A DNA stretch of 20,000 nucleotides from the IMG/VR virus record IMGVR_UViG_3300042294_002635; one strand, given 5' to 3'. Origin of the DNA: an uncultured virus (IMG/VR IMGVR_UViG_3300042294_002635) (taxonomy: Duplodnaviria > Heunggongvirae > Uroviricota > Caudoviricetes). The translations under genes were made by a program, and so were the position numbers. Of this stretch, positions 9,701 to 16,743 are shown in pieces. The notes below the pieces were generated by a model. That model ran no database searches and was not told where the DNA came from. It saw only the letters and a list, made by a program, of their open reading frames with translations. How positions within the stretch are numbered: the stretch's first letter is position 1; each line of letters opens with the position of its first letter.

Positions 9701-10437
9701 AAGCGGGTGTTGACAATGTCAACAGACTATTCGAGGACAGCCAGCGCTACTTCAATGCCTTCGGCTTCATCGCTTTCTACGGCCCATACGTGGAGAACTC
9801 GGCAGGACAATTTGTTCCCCCCTCTCCGTATGTGACCGGGATCGCAGCTCGCCGTTACCGCTCCGAAGGGTTCCAGTTCCCACCTGCAGGTACCAAGTAC
9901 CAACTCGCAGACGCTGCTGGCGTTCAAATTTCTGTAAACTCGGCTCAGCAAAACTTGCTCAACCCTGACGGCTGCAATGTTCTTCGTTCCTTGCCAGGGT
10001 ACCCTAACACTGCGGTGTTCGTCTGGGGTGGACGCACTCGAATCAACAAGGCAGTTGCGGATCAGCGTAAGTTCCAATTTGTGAACACTCGTGTGATTCA
10101 GAATGTTGTTTACGGTTCCCTTCGCAATGCTTTCGACAACCAGATCTTCTCGGTTGTTGACGGGTTTGGTATTGTGTTCAATCAAATTGTTTCCATTGGG
10201 AACAGCGTTCTGAGCCAGCTTTACCTCTCCGGTGCACTCTTCGGTGCGAGACCCTCGGACGCATTCCAAGTGATTTGTGACGAGCGCATTAACAGCGGAG
10301 ACAACCTCGAGAACGGTGTTGTTTTTGTGAAGGTGTTTGACACCCCCGTACCAACACTGGAAAGAATCGAGGTTGATCTTATTCGCGTCTCTGTTGGCCA
10401 AATGAATAGAGAACTTGATTCTCAGGGCCTAGGTTGA
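6784..10437 (+). CDS. Contractile tail sheath protein, unusually large (~1217 aa)
   Basis: Strong RBS (aaggagg) before ATG 6784; N-terminal APGTYINE; C-terminal AFYGPY, VPPSPYVTG, GFQFPPAG, LNPDGCNVLR, VWGGRT, FVNTRVI and FQVICDERIN sheath motifs. Confidence 0.92.
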   Translation: MATFSFGTGIVPGAPGTYINERVGNVASTGIASFNTTYMLVETEEDVTVARFPFNTPVPVSSLTDYKALVGKVPETRIPLLSYNCVNAFFLNAQVGDLRVVRVGTPNQIVEIEILPSGSKISSTGIPSTLKAGDVVYAQLILNGLKLVAGDGSNGYTSEGEWLGVPTVIPVDYISGDKVNNRKISAAISSSIAAAIQSNPSVSSAIFVRDSGLANDLLPSSNSESGYVTIAAATYDGSVSVITEQLPVGAQKVLMQTAYNIQNVVGLQNNLERVPQDYVQCINTAFDGQANQGYLVTPTAYAQFDAEGRSLVGAAAAAHCQDNNFKWMAAADPGSFLVTDVNKYKEYTPHQPAEDLVTDNLYLVDNAIYQWKGEEVTYDRLKHQTLVPGYDPKVAVQSSVEGVAEGETVGLLDLAKFTVTSSASLANRGVFALGSSTVWPVDYQIQRVTLSGLGADFLPLLPLGETSTEVYFVAPPLSSAQYGTYPSDGQVQYVYIAQTSTQAVSILAEVTALGGTSAALNAPLTPSGAFSVASPTSSTAQATYTTPQWDLPVTIEGQTSNLIHNLTGAPAFVNTLHLPGSLQNTTDDYRLSFVSRSLFNPSTVLSSSTVPGYTGAVSFGVTSHKLVNGQKLFFTKPILAGAATLFKATVRNNLQAYYVKVIDPDKFVLATSSSNYLAGSYVPYPVGMVSISTSPTILYTSVLGGGLTTVNLSELSVVPLVRGRKYGLASGTIADRAYDHNLLTANDDPTVSLYLNSSPLVIGSEHVYPYGETANAGWLPSLELVGPGETSTSVENFLCTPTVDQNFSSEAHIVPVIDPIFGGNFSASTTVVLGKLASVTPYVTACGLLVDSTGVAIQAALSKLSGVYFNVTVAPANSVAPDGVTRVVVGDRLAVTFDGSSYSWVVVPANTLGGDLSTVSTVCYGSQVEFALTPEQTPSANLWRFETITSTEIIDEALRGVGFAGEPQAVFVEAGVDNVNRLFEDSQRYFNAFGFIAFYGPYVENSAGQFVPPSPYVTGIAARRYRSEGFQFPPAGTKYQLADAAGVQISVNSAQQNLLNPDGCNVLRSLPGYPNTAVFVWGGRTRINKAVADQRKFQFVNTRVIQNVVYGSLRNAFDNQIFSVVDGFGIVFNQIVSIGNSVLSQLYLSGALFGARPSDAFQVICDERINSGDNLENGVVFVKVFDTPVPTLERIEVDLIRVSVGQMNRELDSQGLG

Positions 10438-10439
10438 AA

Positions 10440-10721
10440 ATGAGTGAGTTAACAGACAAGGAAGTAAATCTACAGATTCCTGACTCACTCTTTCTTTCAC
10501 TTACAAGAAAAGCAAAACAGCAGGGTGTCTCAATTGAGGCACTCTGTGTTTCTTTACTTGAGGGGGAGCAAGTTTTCGTAGAGCCATCCCTCTACCCTTC
10601 GATGGGTAATGGGGACTTGCGAACGGAAATTCAAAAGCTTATGCAAAGCTCCCTGCCGAAAGACGAGGTGAACAAGCGAGTGCGGAAGTTGGAAGCACAA
10701 CTCTTAAGGCTAATACGATGA
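10440..10721 (+). CDS. Ribbon-helix-helix (CopG/HicB C-terminal-like) DNA-binding protein
   Basis: VNLQIPDSLFLSLTRKAKQQGVSIEALCVSLL fits the RHH beta-alpha-alpha pattern. Confidence 0.65.
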   Translation: MSELTDKEVNLQIPDSLFLSLTRKAKQQGVSIEALCVSLLEGEQVFVEPSLYPSMGNGDLRTEIQKLMQSSLPKDEVNKRVRKLEAQLLRLIR

Positions 10722-11095
10722 CGGTACCGCAAACTTTATCACCCTTAGTACGAGGCTTGTCTTACCCGTTGAGGGTGTTGAACGGAAACTTAGCCACAAG
10801 TACGGACTATGACTTGAAGACGCAGGAAATTCGAAGTGTCGTTGAAACGAGGTTCTTTGAGCGAGTAATGAGGGCGGACTACGGCGTCGGAGACCACACC
10901 CTCGACATAATCGACCCCGGACAAATTAACTCAGAGTTTCAAAATTCGATACAAACCCATGTGTCCGGGTTGTCGTCCCTCGTTGTGAAGGGGGACTGGG
11001 TCACATCGGGAGAAGACGGAGTGTATAAGGTGTACATAATTTACCAAGTCAACGGAATTCCTCAACCGCCGCTCGAATTCTCCCTCGGAAACTAA
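10718..11095 (+). CDS. Baseplate wedge protein (T4 gp25 / gpW-like)
   Basis: GLSYPL...NG.LA and IRSVVETRFFERVMRADYGV match the gp25 T..GER.MRP.FG pattern. Confidence 0.8.
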   Translation: MTVPQTLSPLVRGLSYPLRVLNGNLATSTDYDLKTQEIRSVVETRFFERVMRADYGVGDHTLDIIDPGQINSEFQNSIQTHVSGLSSLVVKGDWVTSGEDGVYKVYIIYQVNGIPQPPLEFSLGN

Positions 11096-11097
11096 GC

Positions 11098-11106
11098 GGG
11101 TAAAAC
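11098..11106 (+). promoter_or_regulatory. GGGTAAAAC motif, candidate late promoter
   Basis: Intergenic, 50 nt upstream of the portal start. Confidence 0.6.
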
Positions 11107-11156
11107 CTATACAGGAAATAAATGCCGAAACCAAACACGTGTGAAAAGAGGTAACT

Positions 11157-12656
11157 TTGGCAAATAGGTTTAAGACAGCTCCGGTACCGAAGGGGGAGAT
11201 CTCAAGTTATACGAGCGACCCTTATAACTTATCCAGTATTTACATGTTTGGGAGCTCTTCTCCCTTTACTGGATCCGGAAATAGCATCGTTCGACCAAGT
11301 GACGACCTTCTCATCCAGAAGGGAGGAAACCGTGCGCTTTCCGTCTATCAGCGGCTTTTCTTTGACGAGCACGTACAAAGTTCGTTCTCAAAGTTAGTTC
11401 AAGAGGTTGTATCGAGACCGTGGTACGTTGAGGAATACAGCTCAAAGCCTGGCGATACTGCAGTAAGGGACTTCGTAGCAGAAATCCTCGAAGAACTACC
11501 CTTAGACGAGATATATAAGGGACTTGCTGAAGCCCTTATCGTGGGGTTTAGTGTTGGCGAAATAATGTGGAAGAAATCAAAACGCGGGGTGATACCCTTT
11601 GACATTAGAATTAGAGACCAGCGCCGATTTGTTTTCCAAGAAGCGGAAGACTCACAAACGGGCTTCACAATGAGGTGCTTAACTTTCAATCGTATGTTTG
11701 AGGGGGTTGAGCTCCCTGCTCGAAAATTCGTCGTAAATCGCTACTGGACTCAGCACAACGGGGACCCATACGGAACTTCGCTAGGGCGAGTTCTTTACCC
11801 TCTGGTAAAGTTCCGGAGAAGAGCCCTTGAGTCCTACGTTCTCTATGGGGACCGGTACGCAACACCCACAGCTGTTGCGACCGCACCCCTAAGCGCGTCT
11901 TCTGCTGAAATTGACACGATTTATGATCATATCTCAAACTTATCTCAGGAAACTGCGCTAATTTTGCCGGATGGGTACAAGCTTGAGTTTGTCAACCCGA
12001 GCGGAACTCCGGATGTGTTTAAGGGACTGATTGACTATATCGACAAGGAAATTAGCCTCATACTTTGCGGGGAAAACGAGGCTGGGCAAGCTGAGTCTGG
12101 ATCCAGAGCTTCTTCACAGGTTGCCAACGTTGTTCGAGTTGTGAAGGCAGCGGAAATTTCCGAAGCGATCTCTCACACTTTGACTCGCACCCTGGTACGA
12201 TGGATTGTAGACCTTAACTTCGGTGTAGACGTTGCAGCGCCAACCCTCACAAGGGAGTTTCGAATTGAGGAGTCTTCTCTCACTGCCACCGACCTGAGTT
12301 CCCTTATTGACAAGGGGTACAAACCGCGTAGGGAGTGGGTTGAGAGGCATTTTCGTATTGAGCTTGAAGACGAAGCTCCTGAGTTCACGACGAAAGAGGA
12401 AGAAGGGAATACCACCTATAGCCCTGACGAGGACGAGGACCTTTACGGATCTATTTTTGGTGCTGACGGAGAGTACCCCGAAGGAAGTCCAGAGGACGAG
12501 CCGGAGGGTGGCGACGAGCCAAAGCCGAAGGAAGAACCATCCGGTGAGCAAACCACGTACAACCCTGAAGAAGACGGAAACCTTTACGACTCAGTGTTCG
12601 GGAATGACTTAGAACCCACTGAAGAGGGCAAAAAGAAGGGTAAAAAACGTATATGA
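11157..12656 (+). CDS. Portal protein (Mu gp29 / DUF935-like)
   Basis: TTG start with aagaggt RBS; AL..GFSVGEIMW, DPYGTSLGR.LY, DRYATP, IDYIDKEIS.ILCG, GSRASSQV and LVRWIVDLNFG motifs; acidic C-terminal tail. Confidence 0.88.
   Translation: MANRFKTAPVPKGEISSYTSDPYNLSSIYMFGSSSPFTGSGNSIVRPSDDLLIQKGGNRALSVYQRLFFDEHVQSSFSKLVQEVVSRPWYVEEYSSKPGDTAVRDFVAEILEELPLDEIYKGLAEALIVGFSVGEIMWKKSKRGVIPFDIRIRDQRRFVFQEAEDSQTGFTMRCLTFNRMFEGVELPARKFVVNRYWTQHNGDPYGTSLGRVLYPLVKFRRRALESYVLYGDRYATPTAVATAPLSASSAEIDTIYDHISNLSQETALILPDGYKLEFVNPSGTPDVFKGLIDYIDKEISLILCGENEAGQAESGSRASSQVANVVRVVKAAEISEAISHTLTRTLVRWIVDLNFGVDVAAPTLTREFRIEESSLTATDLSSLIDKGYKPRREWVERHFRIELEDEAPEFTTKEEEGNTTYSPDEDEDLYGSIFGADGEYPEGSPEDEPEGGDEPKPKEEPSGEQTTYNPEEDGNLYDSVFGNDLEPTEEGKKKGKKRI
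12638..12646 (+). promoter_or_regulatory. GGGTAAAAA variant motif, candidate late promoter
   Basis: Immediately upstream of the protease/scaffold ATG; overlaps portal Lys codons, so it may be coincidental. Confidence 0.35.
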
Positions 12657-15232
12657 GTACAACGAGTAGCAAAGTGTTTTCAAAACGTGTTCATGTTTTT
12701 ACGGCGGGACCCCAGGTTTCTGCTCAGGGCGTGGAAAGGAACTTCACACCTCAAGACCTTCAGCAAGTTGTTGATTCCTACGACCCCCAAACACATGAGG
12801 CACCCCTTGTTATTGGTCATACTGGGGACAACGACAGTGTTCCTTCTTTTGGGTGGGTCAAAAAGTTGGTCAGAAGCGGAGAGAAGCTATACGCAGACGT
12901 TGACTTCACTGACACTGCTAAAGATTTAGTGAAAAAAGGGCATTACCGCAAAGTCTCCATATCCTTCTACTCTCCGAACTCTCCAATTAACCCGCATGAG
13001 GGACAGTGGAGCGTTCGGCATTTGGCACTTCTGGGAGCGTCGCCCCCTGCGGTTAAGGGCCTGGAGCCTTTCTCGTTCTCTGAGGAAGGTGACGGAGTGT
13101 TCAACTTCGCTTCAACCCTCTCTCCCGAAGACATCTTTGACGATGAGCTCGGCCCCACACTTCTTGTTGAGCGAGGCCCGTTGGAAATCCTAAAGGAAAA
13201 GCTTGAGGAAATTCGTGGAGACATGAGTTCTTCTATTCAAGAGCTACAAGAAAACCAAGACGATCAGACTGAAACAGACGTCGATTCGACACAAACTACA
13301 AATTCGGCGGATGAAAGTACCGCCCCCGAAAACCCTAACCAGCAATTTTCCGAAATGAAAAAGAAAATGGGGCGTGAAGGAGCTGAAGTCTCCGAATCCG
13401 CTCAAAGTCTAGCAAACATGGAAGACAAATTTCCAGAAGAGAAGTTCGACGAAGGAGTCTCTCGCAAAGTTGCGAAGGGTGCTCACGGCCACCATGTACA
13501 AGTTGTGGAAGAGGTTTTTGAAGAAGGCGACGAAGAACTCTCGGACGAACACCGCGAGATTCCCGCTGCTTTCAAGAAAAATATCGCTAAGATGAAGGCT
13601 AAGCACAAAGCCCACGATGAGGACGGGGAAGATGATGAAGACGAACTTTCCGACGAACACCCAGAAGTTCCTGCGGCTTTCAAGAAAAATATCGCTAAGA
13701 TGAAGGCCAAGACAGCGAAGGTGGAAGAATCCGACGAGGAAGATTCTGAGGGCGACTACGCTGAGGTAGGGTTTAAGAAAACTGCGAACAGACAGGCATC
13801 ATTTGGAAAACGTGCTGAGAAGGATTCAGGGGATCCAGCTGGTCGTTCTAAAACAGCACGGTCATCCGACGATAGCTACGGGGACCGTCAGTCGGTTGGA
13901 CAAGGGGATGAGGAAGACCGCGAAGGTTTGACTTCAGACGTGACGCAAGACACGGACCGTTTAAACACTGCTAAGGACGGTGACCAGGAGCAAGACCGAG
14001 AAGAGCTGGCGAAAGCACTCGACGGTGAAGGGGACGAAGATTCCCGTTGGGCCGACCAACCTGAGGGTCGCCGCCGTTCAATGGAAGACGACCAGTACAA
14101 CGACGGTGAGTACGGCCTCCCCGGAAGAAACAAGCCGGGAACCTCCGATGGAAACGACCCCCACGGTCGCGACGGCGGGCCAACAACCGTCTCTGAGGAC
14201 TCTGAGGAAGAGCCCGACACCGAAGATATTGCTGTGCCGCTTCAGAGCACCAAAGGCAACAAAGTTTCTCGCGTTCTCCACCAAACCTCTGGACAAAAGA
14301 GGGCGTCGGTCAAAGGTAAGGAAATTGCGGATCACAGCGAAGAGTCCGACGGTGTTACACGAACTGCGAAAAAGGCAGGTGTTTCTGCGGGGAACGATCC
14401 CCACGGTCGCGAAGACGGACCCACAAACTTCCCAGACCGGTCCGAGGAAGAGCCGGACGACCTCGACATTGCTGTCGACCTAGAAAGTGTCGTTGGTAGT
14501 CGCAAAGTTCGTGTGCTGCGTCAGCGATCGGGTGAAAAGCCTTCGATCGACCACGCTGAAGAAGACGATCTTGACATGGAAGAGTGTGGGACTTCCAGGA
14601 AAGTTTCTCGCAAGTTCGCAGAACGCGATCCAATGACTCGAACCGGAAAGGGCTCGACTTACGGGCAAAAGCGTCCCGCTATGGAAGAGGATCCGGACGA
14701 GGATGGCGACCGTGACGACAACGAATTCGCTGAAACTGACGACTTCTGCGGAATGGGGTCAATGGGACAGGCTAAGCCCATGGGATATCCGGTTCAAATG
14801 TTCGAGGAGTTCCAACGCGAGCTGGAAAATCTTAAGAATGAAAATTCTCGCCTGAAGAGAGAGTACCAGGAGCATCAGACCAAAACACGTAAGCAACGCA
14901 TCGCCGACTTTGTTGACAGCCTCTACACCGAAGGAAAGATGACCGACGGAGTAATTCCTCAGAGAGAGCTTCAAAACTACTGCGAAGGTCTTGAGTTCGG
15001 TACACTTGACTTCGCAGAAGGAGAAACTCCAACGACCAAGTTGTTTGCGCTGCTTGAGCGTTTGCCCAACATGGTTCACTTCGGTGAAGTTGTCGCAGAG
15101 GGACGTTTCAGTGACCCTGAAGATGACGAAGATCTAGACCCCCATTCTCGTGCAATGAAGATGGTTCAGGCTGGAGAGTGCGATTACGTTGAGGCAATCA
15201 AGCGTTCCATTCCTTGGGGAGGTCGGGGCTGA
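12653..15232 (+). CDS. Mu-like prohead protease fused to a long acidic scaffold
   Basis: N-terminal YDP..HEAPLVIGH, FGWVKKL, YRKVSISFY, RHLALLGASPPAVKGL; a repetitive acidic middle region; C-terminal coiled coil and IADFVDSL..EGK. Confidence 0.88.
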   Translation: MSTTSSKVFSKRVHVFTAGPQVSAQGVERNFTPQDLQQVVDSYDPQTHEAPLVIGHTGDNDSVPSFGWVKKLVRSGEKLYADVDFTDTAKDLVKKGHYRKVSISFYSPNSPINPHEGQWSVRHLALLGASPPAVKGLEPFSFSEEGDGVFNFASTLSPEDIFDDELGPTLLVERGPLEILKEKLEEIRGDMSSSIQELQENQDDQTETDVDSTQTTNSADESTAPENPNQQFSEMKKKMGREGAEVSESAQSLANMEDKFPEEKFDEGVSRKVAKGAHGHHVQVVEEVFEEGDEELSDEHREIPAAFKKNIAKMKAKHKAHDEDGEDDEDELSDEHPEVPAAFKKNIAKMKAKTAKVEESDEEDSEGDYAEVGFKKTANRQASFGKRAEKDSGDPAGRSKTARSSDDSYGDRQSVGQGDEEDREGLTSDVTQDTDRLNTAKDGDQEQDREELAKALDGEGDEDSRWADQPEGRRRSMEDDQYNDGEYGLPGRNKPGTSDGNDPHGRDGGPTTVSEDSEEEPDTEDIAVPLQSTKGNKVSRVLHQTSGQKRASVKGKEIADHSEESDGVTRTAKKAGVSAGNDPHGREDGPTNFPDRSEEEPDDLDIAVDLESVVGSRKVRVLRQRSGEKPSIDHAEEDDLDMEECGTSRKVSRKFAERDPMTRTGKGSTYGQKRPAMEEDPDEDGDRDDNEFAETDDFCGMGSMGQAKPMGYPVQMFEEFQRELENLKNENSRLKREYQEHQTKTRKQRIADFVDSLYTEGKMTDGVIPQRELQNYCEGLEFGTLDFAEGETPTTKLFALLERLPNMVHFGEVVAEGRFSDPEDDEDLDPHSRAMKMVQAGECDYVEAIKRSIPWGGRG

Positions 15233-15264
15233 TAGCTCCGATACTGCTGCCCGGAGATTAAGCT

Positions 15265-15972
15265 ATGGACCTTCTAACTTTGGTCGGGCAGGTAACGAAA
15301 AAGCGAGCGGACTACTTCTCTCAAGCAGAGGTCTTAGCTCGCAAAGCGAAAACACAAGAGAAGCTGGAAAGTCTCATGACAAACCAGTCGAAAGTTCTTG
15401 TGAAGGCTTTGCGAGACAAGGATATTCGCTGGGATGAGTATTCTCGAACTTTGATTGATAAAACGCTGTCGGCAGCCCTCGCTGCCGTTTACCTGGGGGC
15501 AGGGAAAGCCGCACCGAAAGCAAAAGTCGAACGGGCCTGGGGCACTGTGACCGGGCAAATGCTCCCACCTTTGTTGGAATTCTTGAGCCAAACTGAACTA
15601 GCCTTAAACGACGGGACTCTAATGCTCGGCGACGACCGCATAAATTTCTCGGAAATTGATCTTAAAGACATTTACGAAGGAGACGAAGAGGTGTTCCCAC
15701 CGAAGCCGAAAATGTCCTGGCTGAGCCTTGTTACCAGAGTCGTTCGCTACCTTGCAAACCCTTCCTACTCATTTTTCAACCTTGGTGACTCCTACGTCAA
15801 ACAAGAGCAGGGTTACCGGGAGATGCGGCGAGTGCCAGTATTGGACAGGAGAACTTGCCCCGACTGCATAAAGTTTGGGGAGATGGGGTGGCAGCCCTTT
15901 GGAACCCTGCCGATGCCGGGGCAAGAGTGCCGGTGCTACGATCGCTGCCGCTGCCGAATCGACTACCGTTGA
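15265..15972 (+). CDS. Head morphogenesis protein (Mu gpF / SPP1 gp7-like)
   Basis: C-terminal DRRTCPDC...LPMPGQECRCYDRCRCRIDY cysteine motif; located in the head cluster. Confidence 0.7.
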   Translation: MDLLTLVGQVTKKRADYFSQAEVLARKAKTQEKLESLMTNQSKVLVKALRDKDIRWDEYSRTLIDKTLSAALAAVYLGAGKAAPKAKVERAWGTVTGQMLPPLLEFLSQTELALNDGTLMLGDDRINFSEIDLKDIYEGDEEVFPPKPKMSWLSLVTRVVRYLANPSYSFFNLGDSYVKQEQGYREMRRVPVLDRRTCPDCIKFGEMGWQPFGTLPMPGQECRCYDRCRCRIDYR

Positions 15973-16013
15973 CTTTTAAACGAACTCACCATGGTTCAAA
16001 CTAAGGTGAAGCA

Positions 16014-16022
16014 GGGTAAAAC
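16014..16022 (+). promoter_or_regulatory. GGGTAAAAC motif, candidate late promoter
   Basis: Intergenic, upstream of the decoration gene. Confidence 0.6.
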
Positions 16023-16096
16023 CTGATTAACTAAGCTAGGTGAAAAACAAGTCCTAGAGAAACCAACAAAACCAATAACCCTTTGAAAATATCAAA

Positions 16097-16570
16097 ATGG
16101 CCTTTAACATTGCACCAGTTTACGGTAAGCAATTCATTCGTTACGCGGAGACTTTCACAGCTGCTACTGACAACCAAGGTGGAACGGCTGGAGTCGTTGA
16201 AATTCCTGAGTTCGCAGTTGTTGCTTACGCAACCTACGCCGGAGCTAACAAAGTTTGCGCCCCTGGAAACCTGACCGCTTTTGATGGGAAGATTGTAGGC
16301 GTGAATCAGTCCTACATTCCCACAGCCCTTTCCCAACCTCGCACCGCTCGTCAAGCTTCTGTGGCCACCAGTGGCTCCTTGCTTGTTGAAGTGAGTGCCA
16401 GCGCCGTGGCCCCCTTCGTACTCAACGCCCAGCTTTCAGTTGGTGCTGACGGCAAGGCGCTACCCACTGCGAATACCGGGACCAACGTCACTCTTGACGG
16501 TACTATCCCGCTCATTCGTGAAATCGTGCGAATCGGCGGTCGCACTGTCTTGCTGGTTTCATTCGCCTGA
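16097..16570 (+). CDS. Probable head decoration / capsid cement protein
   Basis: 157 aa, rich in Ala/Gly/Val/Thr; ASVATSGSLLVE...LSVGADGKA pattern; directly upstream of the major capsid gene. Confidence 0.6.
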   Translation: MAFNIAPVYGKQFIRYAETFTAATDNQGGTAGVVEIPEFAVVAYATYAGANKVCAPGNLTAFDGKIVGVNQSYIPTALSQPRTARQASVATSGSLLVEVSASAVAPFVLNAQLSVGADGKALPTANTGTNVTLDGTIPLIREIVRIGGRTVLLVSFA

Positions 16571-16578
16571 GAAAAGCT

Positions 16579-16599
16579 GACGCATTTCGGTGCGTTTTT
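16579..16599 (+). terminator. Intrinsic terminator 1
   Basis: gacgcat-TTCG-gtgcgtt hairpin running into a T-tract. Confidence 0.6.
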
Positions 16600-16602
16600 A
16601 CT

Positions 16603-16635
16603 AAGAGCCTTCAACTTTCGAGTTGGGGGCTTTTT
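16603..16635 (+). terminator. Intrinsic terminator 2
   Basis: agccttcaact-TTCG-agttgggggct hairpin running into a T-tract. Confidence 0.75.
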
Positions 16636-16647
16636 CGTGAAAAAGAA

Positions 16648-16656
16648 GGGTATAAC
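16648..16656 (+). promoter_or_regulatory. GGGTATAAC variant motif, candidate major capsid promoter
   Basis: Just after the terminators and about 90 nt before the capsid ATG. Confidence 0.55.
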
Positions 16657-16743
16657 TACAGTGACCCCAAAGTTTTCGGACTCGCGGGTCAGATTGCTTC
16701 GGCAATCTTTGAAGTCAACTTTACACACAAGGAAACATCTATT

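Noticed and set aside
9727..10401. 224-aa minus-strand ORF and other antisense or nested ORFs
   Set aside because: They shadow well-supported + strand genes and show no recognisable motifs.
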